Positions 46,505-56,286 of a DNA stretch of 64,000 bases are shown piece after piece. Source of the DNA: Candidatus Faecousia faecigallinarum (GTDB taxonomy: Bacteria; Bacillota; Clostridia; Oscillospirales; Oscillospiraceae); assembly GCA_018712145.1 (NCBI GenBank), contig DVHJ01000003.1, forward strand, positions 20,637 to 84,636. The letters are read 5' to 3'. The translations under genes and the position numbers were made by a program. The notes below the pieces were generated by a model, which worked only from the letters and a program-made list of their open reading frames with translations, ran no database searches and was not told the DNA's origin. Every line of letters starts with the position of its first letter. Within the stretch, counting starts at the first letter, position 1.

Positions 46505-47230
46505 ATGATTTTACAGCTGGAAAACGTGCATTATCGCTACCCATCCAAGCACCACCCGGTTTATGCTGTCCGGGGGATCACCTGCTGCTTTGAGACCGGG
46601 AAAATTTACGCCGTGATGGGCAAAAGCGGCTGCGGGAAAACCACCCTGCTATCCCTGCTGGGCGGGCTGATGCTGCCCAGCGAAGGGCAGGTTTTGGTGG
46701 AGGGGGAGGCAACCGCCGCCCTGGATTGCAACCGACTCCGCCGGGAAAAAATTTCTTTGATTTATCAAAATTTTAACTTATTCCCCCTGCTGACGGTGGA
46801 AGAAAATGTAACCTATCCCCTGCTGATTCGCAAGCAGAAGAAAGCCGAAGCCAAGGCCACCGTCCGCCGGTGCTTGGAAAGCGTGGGCATTACGCCCCCG
46901 CAGTTTGACCGGCTGCCCGCCACCCTGTCCGGCGGGGAGCAGCAGCGGGTGGCCATTGCCAGGACGCTGGCCTCCGGCAACCCCATTGTCCTGGCGGATG
47001 AACCCACCGGCAATTTGGACAGCGCAAACACCCAAAACATTGTGGAAATCCTCCGGGATTTGGCCCATCAAGAAAACCGGTGTGTGATTATCGTGACCCA
47101 TGACCATGCTGTGGGGGAAATTGCCGACATCAACATGGAAATGGTGGATGGTCAGTTTCTTGCTGAATCTCCCCGGCCGGAGGAACCGAAGGCCGGCTAT
47201 CCCCTGTTTAACCAATTTGGCATCGAATAG
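46505..47230 (+). CDS. ABC transporter ATP-binding protein (LolD/MacB type)
   Basis: GKSGCGKT, LSGGEQQRVAIAR, VLADEPTGNLD, IVTHD. Confidence 0.95.
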   Translation: MILQLENVHYRYPSKHHPVYAVRGITCCFETGKIYAVMGKSGCGKTTLLSLLGGLMLPSEGQVLVEGEATAALDCNRLRREKISLIYQNFNLFPLLTVEENVTYPLLIRKQKKAEAKATVRRCLESVGITPPQFDRLPATLSGGEQQRVAIARTLASGNPIVLADEPTGNLDSANTQNIVEILRDLAHQENRCVIIVTHDHAVGEIADINMEMVDGQFLAESPRPEEPKAGYPLFNQFGIE

Positions 47231-47256
47231 TATCATTAATTTGTTCCTGGGCTACT

Positions 47257-47298
47257 AAACGCCGCAGGCAGTTTGCTCGCTGCCTGCGGCGTTTTTTT
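47257..47298 (+). terminator. Rho-independent terminator
   Basis: AAACGCCGCAGGCAG / CTGCCTGCGGCGTTT plus T-tract. Confidence 0.85.
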
Positions 47299-47311
47299 GC
47301 CCGGCAACGGC

Positions 47312-47372
47312 TTGACAGAACCGCCGGCGGAGAGTATAATCAACATTAGATTAGACAATAAGTATTTGTTTA
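47312..47372 (+). promoter_or_regulatory. psuK promoter with candidate operator
   Basis: TTGACA-17-TATAAT (perfect consensus); imperfect inverted repeat TAGACAA-N7-TTGTTTA at 47352-47372. Confidence 0.7.
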
Positions 47373-47382
47373 GGAGGTGGCC

Positions 47383-48474
47383 ATGACAAAGCGGGAGCAA
47401 CAAATTCTCCAGTGGATTGCGGAAGATCCCATGATCTCCCAGGAGGCGCTAGCGGCAAGGGCAGGGATTGCCCGCTCCTCCGTTGCGGTGCACATTTCCA
47501 ATCTGATGAAGAAAGGCTACATCGCCGGGAAAGGCTATGTGCTGCGGCAGGCGGACTACGCCGTGGTCATTGGCGGCGTGAATATGGACATTGGCGGCCA
47601 ATCCTTTGGCCCCCTGGTGGCCCGGGACTCCAACCCCGGCGCCGTCCGGGTCAGTCCCGGTGGGGTGGGCCGGAACATCGCCCACAATATGGCCCTGCTG
47701 GGGCTGGATGTGCGGATGCTCACCGCCTTGGGAGACGACTTGTATGCCCGGCAGATTGCCGCCGGGAGCACCGGCGTGGACTTAAGCCAGGCGCTGCGGT
47801 GCTCCGGCTACCCCACCTCCACCTACCTGTACTTGGCCGGGCCGGACGGGGACATGGCCCTGGCGGTTTCGGACATGGCCCTGTGCGAGCGAATCACCCC
47901 GGAATACCTCTCCGGGCGGCTGGGCCTCATTAACCATGCCCGGCTGGTGGTGGTGGATGCCAATCTACCGGCCCAAACCCTTGCCTGGCTGGCAGAAAAC
48001 TGTACCCGGCCCATGTTCGCCGACCCGGTATCCACCGCCAAGGCCCAGCGCCTAAAGCCCATCCTGGGCAAGCTGCACACCATCAAGCCCAACCGGCTGG
48101 AGGCGGAACTGCTCACCGGCATTGCCGTGGACAGCCGCCAGGGCCTGACCCAAGCCGCCAAAGCCCTGCTGGAGGCCGGCGTGGAGCGGGTATTCCTCTC
48201 CCTGGGCAGCCAAGGGGTCTATGCCGCCGGGGATGGTCAGGAAGTTTGGCTTCCCAGCCGCCCGGCCACCTTGGTGGGGGCCAACGGCGCCGGGGACGCC
48301 TTTATGGCCGGTTTGGCCTGGGCCTTTTTCCAAGACGCCGGCTTGGAGCAGGCGGCCCTGGCCGGGGCGTCCGCTGCAGCCATCGCCCTGGAAAGCAGCG
48401 CTGCCATTAACCCCAACCTGTCTGCCGGCGCCCTACAGGCCCGCATGGCCCAACCGGCAGCCAAAACCCCATAA
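47383..48474 (+). CDS. psuK: Pseudouridine kinase (PfkB family) with N-terminal HTH
   Basis: HTH (ISQEALAARAGIARSSVAVHISNLMKKG), GGVGRNIA, KPNRLEA, GAGDAF; adjacent to psuG. Confidence 0.85.
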   Translation: MTKREQQILQWIAEDPMISQEALAARAGIARSSVAVHISNLMKKGYIAGKGYVLRQADYAVVIGGVNMDIGGQSFGPLVARDSNPGAVRVSPGGVGRNIAHNMALLGLDVRMLTALGDDLYARQIAAGSTGVDLSQALRCSGYPTSTYLYLAGPDGDMALAVSDMALCERITPEYLSGRLGLINHARLVVVDANLPAQTLAWLAENCTRPMFADPVSTAKAQRLKPILGKLHTIKPNRLEAELLTGIAVDSRQGLTQAAKALLEAGVERVFLSLGSQGVYAAGDGQEVWLPSRPATLVGANGAGDAFMAGLAWAFFQDAGLEQAALAGASAAAIALESSAAINPNLSAGALQARMAQPAAKTP

Positions 48475-48501
48475 CCCAATTTTTGTTTGGAGGAATGTAA
48501 C

Positions 48502-49416
48502 ATGAACAATCCGTATTTGCAGATAAATCCCGAAGTCGCCCAGGCGGTTGCCCAGGGCAAACCGGTGGTGGCGCTGGAGTCCACCATTATCTCCCACGGA
48601 ATGCCTTATCCCCAGAACGTGGAAACCGCCCTGGCGGTGGAGAAAATCATCCGGGACAACGGCGCGGTGCCCGCCACCATCGCCATCCTGGGGGGCAAAC
48701 TGGTGGCCGGGCTGACCCCGGAGCAAATTGAATATTTCGGCAAAAAGGGCCAGGCCATTGCCAAGGCCTCCCGCCGGGATTTGGCGGTGCTGTGCGCCAA
48801 GGGTGAGGATGGCGCAACCACCGTGGCCACCACCATGCTGATTGCCCACATGGCCGGGATTCGGATTTTTGCCACCGGCGGCATCGGCGGGGTGCACCGG
48901 GGTGCGGAGACCACCATGGACATTTCCGCCGACTTGGAGGAGCTGGCCCACACGCCGGTGATGGTGATTTGCGCCGGGGCCAAGAGTATTTTGGACCTGG
49001 GCCTCACCTTGGAGTATCTGGAAACCCACGGCGTTCCCGTGCTGGGCTATGGCACCAAGGAGCTGCCTGCCTTCTACACCCGCGCCTCCGGCTTCTCCGT
49101 GGATTACCGGCTGGATACGCCGGAGGAGCTGGCGAAAGCCTTCCTGGCCCAGAATCAGATGGGCCTGGGCGGCGGCATGCTGGTGACCAACCCCATCCCG
49201 GAGGCCTACTCCATGGACCCGGCGGTAATCAACGGGGCCATTGATCAGGCCATCGCCCAGTGCAACCAGCAGGGCATCCACGGCAAAGCCACCACCCCCT
49301 TCCTTCTGGCGAAGGTGGCAGAAATCACCGGCGGCGACAGCCTGGCCGCCAACATTCAGCTGGTATTCAACAATGCCAAGCTGGCTGCCCAGGTGGCCTG
49401 CGCCTACTGCAAATGA
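48502..49416 (+). CDS. psuG: Pseudouridine-5'-phosphate glycosidase
   Basis: VALESTIISHGMPYP, KASRRD, ATTVA, FATGGIGGVHR, DISADL, GAKSILD, TPFLL. Confidence 0.95.
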   Translation: MNNPYLQINPEVAQAVAQGKPVVALESTIISHGMPYPQNVETALAVEKIIRDNGAVPATIAILGGKLVAGLTPEQIEYFGKKGQAIAKASRRDLAVLCAKGEDGATTVATTMLIAHMAGIRIFATGGIGGVHRGAETTMDISADLEELAHTPVMVICAGAKSILDLGLTLEYLETHGVPVLGYGTKELPAFYTRASGFSVDYRLDTPEELAKAFLAQNQMGLGGGMLVTNPIPEAYSMDPAVINGAIDQAIAQCNQQGIHGKATTPFLLAKVAEITGGDSLAANIQLVFNNAKLAAQVACAYCK

Positions 49417-50075
49417 TATCCCGAACCGGGCTAAAGGGATTGGCTGCCGCCACCATGGTGGTGGATCATGTGGGGGTGGTGCTGCTGCCCCAACTGTGGC
49501 TGCTGCGGTGCGTGGGGCGGCTGGCCTTCCCCATCTACGCCTTTTTCCTGGCCCAAGGTTTCCGGTATACGAAAAGCCAGGCCAGGTACCTGGCCCGGCT
49601 GGCAGGATTTGCCCTGCTGTCGGAAATCCCATTTGACTACATGGTATATGGGCAAGCGTTTGCCTGGCAGGGGCAGAATGTGATGTTTACCCTGACCCTG
49701 GCTTTGCTGGCCCTGGCCTGCCTGGAAAAGGGCGGCTGGTGGATGGCCGGCGCCGTGGCCTGCTGCCTTGCGGCAGAGGCGCTGCGCACCGACTACGGCA
49801 GCTTTGGGGTTCTGCTGCCCGTCACCTCTTTCTATCTGTGGCCCCGGGGGAAGGGGCTGTGGGCCCTGGTTTTCCTGGCCATGTGCTGGCTATGGGAATT
49901 TGCCCCCATTCCCGGCACCCCCGTCCCCATGGAGGCCCTGGGAGTGGCAGCGGCACTGCCCCTGGCCCTGTACCATGGCGGCCGGGGGACTGAAGGCCCG
50001 GTAGTCCGGTGGGGATTTTATGCCGTATATCCCCTGCACATGGGGGTGCTGGCCCTTATCGCAGGTCTTGCTTGA
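49413..50075 (+). CDS. TraX-family membrane protein
   Basis: LKGLAAATMVVDH, GRLAFPIY, SEIPFD, NVMFTL, DYG, FYAVYPLH. Confidence 0.8.
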   Translation: MISRTGLKGLAAATMVVDHVGVVLLPQLWLLRCVGRLAFPIYAFFLAQGFRYTKSQARYLARLAGFALLSEIPFDYMVYGQAFAWQGQNVMFTLTLALLALACLEKGGWWMAGAVACCLAAEALRTDYGSFGVLLPVTSFYLWPRGKGLWALVFLAMCWLWEFAPIPGTPVPMEALGVAAALPLALYHGGRGTEGPVVRWGFYAVYPLHMGVLALIAGLA

Positions 50076-51021
50076 TCCCGGCGGCAATCCGGACAATGTC
50101 GTCCATGGTGCTGATCTGGGCAATTTGCCCCTTATAGTAGCCGCTGTAAGCCACGCCCCGGAGATACCAGGCAAAGTGTTTTCTGGCCTCCAGGCAGGCA
50201 ATGTGCTCCCCTTTATCCTCCCTGGCCAGGGCAAATTGCCGCACCGCCGTGTCCACCCGCTGGCAAAGGGGCGGCCGGGGCGGTATGGGTTGCCCGGCCA
50301 GGGCAGCGGATACTTCGGCAAAGAGCCAGGGATCCCCAAAGGCCCCCCGGCCGATCATCAGCCCATCCGCCCCGGAACGTTTCCGGCATTGCAGGGCGGC
50401 TTCCCCGGTGAAAATATCCCCGTTGGCGATTACCGGAATACTGACCGCCCCTTTCACCTGCCGGATGGTATCCCAGTCGGCCACGCCGGAATACAGCATG
50501 GTCCGGGTTCTGCCGTGGACGGCAATGGCCTTGGCCCCGGCGGCTTCCAGCCCCCGGGCCAGTTCCACCACATTGATCTGCCCCCGGTCCCAGCCCAGGC
50601 GGCACTTCACCGTGACCGGCACCCGGACCGCCTGCACCACCGCCTCCACAATCCGGATCGCCAGATCCGGATTTTTCATCAGGGCAGACCCGTCCCCGTT
50701 TTTGACCACCTTGGCCATGGGGCAGCCCATGTTGATGTCCAGGAAATCACAGCCGGACAGTTCCAGGGCTAAGCCTGCCGCCTCGGCCATGATGGCCGGA
50801 TCACTGCCAAAGATTTGGGCGCCGCACACGCTGCCGGGATTTTTCCGCAGCAGGCCGGCGCTTTTTCTGTCCCGGTAAACCAAAGCCCGGCTGGAGACCA
50901 TCTCCGTCACCGTGAGGCCGGCCCCCAGCTCCGCGCATATGGTGCGAAACGCCCAGTCCGTCACCCCGGCCATGGGGGCCAGGGCCAGGTTGCCGGGAAT
51001 GGTTAACTGTCCAATGTTCAG
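50056..51021 (-). CDS. dusB: tRNA-dihydrouridine synthase B (probable CTG start)
   Basis: LAPMAGVTD, TEMVS, QIFG, DINMGCP, VTVKCR, VHGRTR, IANGDI, MIGRG. Confidence 0.92.
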   Translation of the reverse strand: MNIGQLTIPGNLALAPMAGVTDWAFRTICAELGAGLTVTEMVSSRALVYRDRKSAGLLRKNPGSVCGAQIFGSDPAIMAEAAGLALELSGCDFLDINMGCPMAKVVKNGDGSALMKNPDLAIRIVEAVVQAVRVPVTVKCRLGWDRGQINVVELARGLEAAGAKAIAVHGRTRTMLYSGVADWDTIRQVKGAVSIPVIANGDIFTGEAALQCRKRSGADGLMIGRGAFGDPWLFAEVSAALAGQPIPPRPPLCQRVDTAVRQFALAREDKGEHIACLEARKHFAWYLRGVAYSGYYKGQIAQISTMDDIVRIAAGIKQDLR

Positions 51022-51171
51022 GGAAAACGCCTCCCCTTGTGATTTTTCCCTATCATACCACGCCCCCGGCCGGTTGGCAATCCGGTTTTCCCGTTCTTGC
51101 AAAGTCCGGGGAAACCGGCTATACTATGGATACTACCGTGCGCCCCCACGGGCGCGGAATCGAGGAAAGCT

Positions 51172-52554
51172 ATGGCCAATGCAATTTTGGAGGCCCACCT
51201 TGCCCGGTGGCGTGGGCAAAACATCGCGGTACTGGGACTGGGCGTAAGCAACCGGCCCCTGGTGAAGCTGCTGCTGGCGGCCGGCTGCCAAGTCACCGGC
51301 TGCGACCGCACCCCACGGGAACGGCTGGACAGCGATGTACTGGCGCTGGAGGGCCAGGGCTTAACCCTGCGCACCGGCCCGGACTATTTAGACGGCCTGA
51401 CAGCAGATGTGGTATTTCGCACCCCGGGGATGCACCCGGCTATCCTGGCGCCGCTGCGCCAGGCCGGGGCGGAAATCACCTCGGAGATGGAGATTTTCTT
51501 CCAGTGCTGCCCCTGCCCCATCATTGCCGTCACCGGCTCCGATGGGAAAACCACCACCGCCACCCTCATTGCGGAAATCCTGAAGGCGGCAGGTTACCGG
51601 GTACACCTGGGGGGCAACATCGGCAAGCCCTTGCTGCCGGAGATTGATGCAATGCGTCCGGAAGACCGGGCGGTGGTGGAGCTCAGCTCCTTCCAGCTCA
51701 TGGACATGGACCGCAGCGCCCATACGGCGGTGGTCACCAACGTGGCCCCCAACCATCTGGACGTACACCGGGATATGGCGGAATACGTGGCGGCCAAAAA
51801 GAATGTGTTTGCCCACCAGGGTTCTGGGGATCTGGTGGTGCTGAACCTGGACAATGCCATCACCCGGGACTTTGCCCGGGAAGCGCCGGGGCAAGTGTCC
51901 TTCTTCTCCCGGCAGGCTGTGCCGGAACGGGGGGTATACCTGCAAAACGGCATCATTTACCGCACCGGGCCAAGTGGGCCGGTGCAGGTGCTGGAGCAGG
52001 GGGATATCCGCCTGCCGGGTATGCACAATGTGGAAAATTATCTGGCGGCCATCGCCGCAGTGGCCGGTCAGGCGCCGGACGAGGCCATCGTCCAGGTGGC
52101 CAGAAACTTTGGCGGGGTAGAGCACCGGATCGAGCTGGTGCGGGAGAAAGACGGGGTGCGGTATTACAATGACTCCATTGCCTCCAGCCCCAGCCGCACC
52201 ATTGCCGGCCTGCGGAGCTTCCCGGAGAAGGTCATCCTCATTGCCGGAGGCTATGACAAGCACATCCCCTATGATGTGCTGGGGCCGGAAATCTGCCGCC
52301 ATGTCAAGCGGCTCATCGTCACCGGAGCCACCGGCGAAAAAATCCGCCAGGCGGTACTGGCTGCCCCGGCCTACCGGCCGGGCTGCCCGGAAATTATTTC
52401 CATTGCCGACTTTGACCAGGCGGTGCATACCGCAGCGGAAGGGGCCGTGGCCGGAGACGTGGTGCTCCTGTCCCCGGCCAGCGCGGCCTTTGACCGGTTT
52501 GCCAACTTTACCGTGCGGGGCCGGCATTTCAAGGAACTGATCCAGAACTTGTAA
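51172..52554 (+). CDS. murD: UDP-MurNAc-L-Ala:D-Glu ligase
   Basis: VLGLGVSN, AVTGSDGKTT, GGNIG, ELSSFQL, PNHLD, EHRIE, YNDS, LSPASAAFD. Confidence 0.93.
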   Translation: MANAILEAHLARWRGQNIAVLGLGVSNRPLVKLLLAAGCQVTGCDRTPRERLDSDVLALEGQGLTLRTGPDYLDGLTADVVFRTPGMHPAILAPLRQAGAEITSEMEIFFQCCPCPIIAVTGSDGKTTTATLIAEILKAAGYRVHLGGNIGKPLLPEIDAMRPEDRAVVELSSFQLMDMDRSAHTAVVTNVAPNHLDVHRDMAEYVAAKKNVFAHQGSGDLVVLNLDNAITRDFAREAPGQVSFFSRQAVPERGVYLQNGIIYRTGPSGPVQVLEQGDIRLPGMHNVENYLAAIAAVAGQAPDEAIVQVARNFGGVEHRIELVREKDGVRYYNDSIASSPSRTIAGLRSFPEKVILIAGGYDKHIPYDVLGPEICRHVKRLIVTGATGEKIRQAVLAAPAYRPGCPEIISIADFDQAVHTAAEGAVAGDVVLLSPASAAFDRFANFTVRGRHFKELIQNL

Positions 52555-52564
52555 GGAGGGAAAC

Positions 52565-53284
52565 ATGGGGAAAGTAACGGATTTTGCCCGGAAAGTCATT
52601 CCCTGCAAATCCTGCGGCGCGGTGATCGTAGCCGCCGGAACCGCCCAACGGATGGGGGGCGTGGACAAAATCATGGCCGATCTGGGGGGTGAACCCCTAA
52701 TTTTGCGCACCGTCCGGGGGTTTCAGGCAACGGCAGTGATTGGAGAAATTATCATTGTTGCCCGGCCGGAACGGATTGACCAGATTTCCAGCCTGTGCCA
52801 GGAGGCGGGGTTGGACAAAGTGCGGCTGGTGGTGGCCGGGGGAGAAACCCGGCAGGCTTCGGTGCGCCTTGGGCTGGAGCAACTGTCCCGGGGCATTCAA
52901 CTGGCAGCCATTGCCGACGCCGCCCGTCCCCTGGTTACCCCCCAGCTCATTGACCGGGTGGTGCGGGCGGCGGGGGCCTACGGCGCTGCCGCCCCGGCAG
53001 TGCCGGTGAAAGATACCATCAAGGTCATCAAAGACGGATTTGCCCTGGAGACCCCGGCGAGGGCCACCCTCCGGGCAGTGCAAACCCCCCAGGTATTTGA
53101 CTATGACGTGATCTGCGGGGCCCTGGCCAAAGCCGGGAACACGGTGCTCACCGACGACTGCGCCGCCGTAGAGCGGCTGGGTATGCCGGTGCGCCTGGTG
53201 GAGGGAGAAGAAAACAACTTCAAGGTCACCACCCGGCAGGACCTGCTCCTGGCCCGGGCAATTTTACAGGAGGGCAACCCATGA
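52565..53284 (+). CDS. ispD: 2-C-methyl-D-erythritol 4-phosphate cytidylyltransferase
   Basis: [41 protein letters not shown]. Confidence 0.94.
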   Translation: MGKVTDFARKVIPCKSCGAVIVAAGTAQRMGGVDKIMADLGGEPLILRTVRGFQATAVIGEIIIVARPERIDQISSLCQEAGLDKVRLVVAGGETRQASVRLGLEQLSRGIQLAAIADAARPLVTPQLIDRVVRAAGAYGAAAPAVPVKDTIKVIKDGFALETPARATLRAVQTPQVFDYDVICGALAKAGNTVLTDDCAAVERLGMPVRLVEGEENNFKVTTRQDLLLARAILQEGNP

Positions 53285-53769
53285 GAATTGGACACGGTTA
53301 CGACGTACACCGCTTGGTTCCCGGGCGGAAGTTGATTCTAGGTGGGGTGGAGATTCCCTGGCAGACCGGGCTGGATGGCCACTCCGACGCGGACGTGCTC
53401 CTGCACGCCGTGATGGACGCCCTGCTGGGGGCTGCCGCCCTGGGGGACATTGGCCGCCACTTTCCGGACACCGATCCGGCCTACCGGGGCGCGGATTCCC
53501 GGCAACTGCTGCGCCGGGTGGTGCAGCTGGTGCAGGCGGCAGGCTACCGCCTGGGGAACCTGGATGTGACCGTGATTGCCCAGGCCCCCAAACTGGCCCC
53601 CCACCTGGCCAAGATGCAGCAGAATCTGGCCCAGGATTTGGGTGCGGACTTAGCCTGCATCAACGTAAAGGCCACCACGGAGGAGCACCTGGGCTTCACC
53701 GGCCAGGAGCTGGGCATTGCCTGCCACGCAGTGTGCCTGCTGGCCGGCCAAAAACACGAGGAGGCATAG
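53281..53769 (+). CDS. ispF: 2-C-methyl-D-erythritol 2,4-cyclodiphosphate synthase
   Basis: [31 protein letters not shown]. Confidence 0.96.
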   Translation: MRIGHGYDVHRLVPGRKLILGGVEIPWQTGLDGHSDADVLLHAVMDALLGAAALGDIGRHFPDTDPAYRGADSRQLLRRVVQLVQAAGYRLGNLDVTVIAQAPKLAPHLAKMQQNLAQDLGADLACINVKATTEEHLGFTGQELGIACHAVCLLAGQKHEEA

Positions 53770-53771
53770 CG

Positions 53772-54713
53772 ATGCGGATCGTGCTGCTGGAAGACCTGGG
53801 GATTTCCCCGGCGGCTTTGGAAAAGCACCTGGAGCCCTTAATCCGAATGGGGCACACCGTTCAGGCTTACCCCAGGGATACCGATCCCCTGGTGCAGGCC
53901 GAGCGGTGCCGGGACGCAGATGTGCTCATTTTGGCCAACATGCCCCTGGCAGAGGCAGCGCTGGCAGGCGCAGAGCATTTGCAATTTATCGATGTAGCCT
54001 TTACCGGCGTGGATCACCTGCCCATGGCCGAAATCAAGAGGCGGGGCATTGCCGTAAGCAATGCCTCAGGCTATGCCACCCAGGCAGTGGCAGAGCTATG
54101 CCTCAGCTTCATGATCCAGCTGCTGCGCAACCTGGGTGCCGCAGAGGCGCGTTGCCGCCGAGGCGAGACCAAAACCGGCTTGCCCAGCCGCCTGCTGGCT
54201 GGGAAAACCGTGGGTATTGTGGGCGCCGGGGCCATTGGCCGGCGAGTAGCCGCCCTGTGTAAAGCCTTTGGCTGCCGGGTGATTGCCTACAGCCGCAGCC
54301 CGGTAGATGACGATGCCATTGACCGGCAGGTCCCGCTAGCCCAGCTGCTGAGCCAAGCGGACATTGTGACCCTTCACTGCCCCCTGACGGCGGAAACGGC
54401 GGGGCTAATCGGCAGCGCAGAGCTGGCGCAAATGCAGCCATCGGCTGTTCTCATCAACACCGCCCGGGGTGGTGTGGTGGATACCAGGGCGCTGGCCCAG
54501 GCCCTGGAAGCCGGGACCATTGCCGGGGCTGCCTGTGACGTATTCGATGTCGAGCCGCCTCTGCCCTTGGATTACCCCTTGCTGCATACCCCCAATACCA
54601 TTGTCACGCCGCACCTGGCCTTTTCCTCCGCCGAGTCCATGGTCCTGCGGGCAGAGATTGTTTTTGCAAATCTCCATGCCTGGCTGTCTGGGCAGCAAAG
54701 CAATGCAGTATAA
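53772..54713 (+). CDS. D-isomer-specific 2-hydroxyacid dehydrogenase
   Basis: FTGVD, AVAE, GIVGAGAIG, LHCPLT, INTARG, DVFDVEP, TPHLA. Confidence 0.9.
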   Translation: MRIVLLEDLGISPAALEKHLEPLIRMGHTVQAYPRDTDPLVQAERCRDADVLILANMPLAEAALAGAEHLQFIDVAFTGVDHLPMAEIKRRGIAVSNASGYATQAVAELCLSFMIQLLRNLGAAEARCRRGETKTGLPSRLLAGKTVGIVGAGAIGRRVAALCKAFGCRVIAYSRSPVDDDAIDRQVPLAQLLSQADIVTLHCPLTAETAGLIGSAELAQMQPSAVLINTARGGVVDTRALAQALEAGTIAGAACDVFDVEPPLPLDYPLLHTPNTIVTPHLAFSSAESMVLRAEIVFANLHAWLSGQQSNAV

Positions 54714-54943
54714 TTCAGGGAACTCACCTGGCATGGTTGCCAATTGGCATCCGTTGCCTCATACTGTTCCTGGCGGCCGTTGCGCTGAAATTGTTTTTGC
54801 CTGTGTATAATCCGCTTCTTTCTTCTGCGGCGCTGCCGGCGTCATCCGTCACCGGCGCAATGGCATACAGAAAGCGGACACGCCTCAGCATAGCAACAAC
54901 CCTGTCTTTTCCGCAACCAGAAAACATCCTCTCAGCCAAAAGC

Positions 54944-54977
54944 ATTGCCCTGAAGTTCCTCAGAACTTCAGGGCAAT
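54944..54977. terminator. 15-bp hairpin terminating the minus-strand ABC operon
   Basis: ATTGCCCTGAAGTTC-CTCA-GAACTTCAGGGCAAT; followed by GCTTTT on minus strand. Confidence 0.75.
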
Positions 54978-54982
54978 CTGAT

Positions 54983-56275
54983 TCAATCCCGGCGCAATGC
55001 GTCAATGGGGTTCAAATTCGCAGCTTTAACCGCTGGGAGCAGGCCAAACACCACACCGATCAGGGTGGAGAACACCACCGCAATCACAATGGCCGGCACG
55101 CTCACCGCCACAGGAATGGCGTTGAGCTGGGAGATCAACTCTGCCATGCCAATCCCCGCCAGAACACCCAAAATGCCGCCCAGGCAGGTCAACGCCGCCG
55201 CCTCTGTCAAAAACTGCCAGAGTATCCGCCGCCGCTTGGCCCCCAGGGCCTTTTTTAGGCCAATTTCGCTGGTACGCTCCGTGACGGACACCAGCATAAT
55301 GTTCATCACGCCGATGCCGCCCACCACCAGGGAAATGCTGGCAATCCAGATCAGCTGGTTGTTGGTGGCGCTACTCATGTCCTGAAGCTGCTGAGCCTGT
55401 TCCAGCAGATCTTCGCTGCGGTAGGAAAAGCCAGCAACTCCCTCTTCCTCCCCCTCCGCCGCCGTCACACCGCCGGTCTGGCCGGTGATCTGGCTGGCGG
55501 TGAGGGCATCGGCCACCGCTTTGCCGGCCCTGGTCATGTCATCGGTGCTTTCTGCCCGCACCGCCACACTCTGGGGTTCGTCAAACTGGAAGACCACAGG
55601 CCAGGTGGCGTCTGGCAGAAACACCGCCCCACCAGAGGTGTCGGTGTAAAGATAATAGTCGTTCAGATTATCAATGGTTGGGGTGAACTGACTGGTTTCC
55701 TCCACCACACCAACCACAGTGAAGGCCTCGTCTCCGATCTCCAGGGTCTGGCCCACCGGATCTTCATCCACAAACAGGGACTGCACCGCCTTCCGATCCA
55801 CGATAACCACCTTCCGGCTGTTTTCGTAATCGGAGTCCAGGAAACCCCGGCCCTGGGCAAGGCGGTAGCCCGCCACCTGGAAATAAGCCCGGTCAATCCC
55901 ATAGACCTTGCCGCTAAAGGCGGTATCCCGGAAGAATACCGTATCCATCAAGTTGGTTCTGGCCAAGTAGAACGACACTTTATCCACACCAGGCAGATCT
56001 TCCAGTTCCGCCCGCTGGGTTTCGGCAATGGGCCGCACCCCGGTAGGCAGGCTGCTGTACTGCATATCGTAAACATAGTCGGACTGGTACAGCTGCACCG
56101 TCACCACATTGTTACCGGAGCCAATCAAGTTTTGCTTAATCTGCTCGTTTGTGCCCTTGATGGTGGAGACAATGGTGATAATCGCGGCAATGCCGATGAT
56201 GATACCCAGCATAGTGAGGATTGAGCGCAGCTTATGGCCCCATATACCCTGAAAGGCAAGTCTGATATTTTCCAT
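54983..56275 (-). CDS. MacB-like ABC permease
   Basis: LRSILTMLGIIIG, QGRGF, VGGIGVMNIMLVSVTERTSEIGLKKALGA, FGLLPAVKAANLNPI. Confidence 0.93.
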   Translation of the reverse strand: MENIRLAFQGIWGHKLRSILTMLGIIIGIAAIITIVSTIKGTNEQIKQNLIGSGNNVVTVQLYQSDYVYDMQYSSLPTGVRPIAETQRAELEDLPGVDKVSFYLARTNLMDTVFFRDTAFSGKVYGIDRAYFQVAGYRLAQGRGFLDSDYENSRKVVIVDRKAVQSLFVDEDPVGQTLEIGDEAFTVVGVVEETSQFTPTIDNLNDYYLYTDTSGGAVFLPDATWPVVFQFDEPQSVAVRAESTDDMTRAGKAVADALTASQITGQTGGVTAAEGEEEGVAGFSYRSEDLLEQAQQLQDMSSATNNQLIWIASISLVVGGIGVMNIMLVSVTERTSEIGLKKALGAKRRRILWQFLTEAAALTCLGGILGVLAGIGMAELISQLNAIPVAVSVPAIVIAVVFSTLIGVVFGLLPAVKAANLNPIDALRRD

Positions 56276-56286
56276 ACCCGCCCTCC

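Noticed and set aside
49413-50075. Conjugative element suggested by the TraX annotation
   Set aside because: No relaxase, VirB4, coupling protein or integrase in the window; TraX-family genes commonly occur as lone chromosomal genes.
54724-55005. 93-aa minus-strand ORF (and 173-aa plus-strand ORF 54737..55258)
   Set aside because: Both cross a strong terminator hairpin and overlap the permease; no SD or recognisable motifs.
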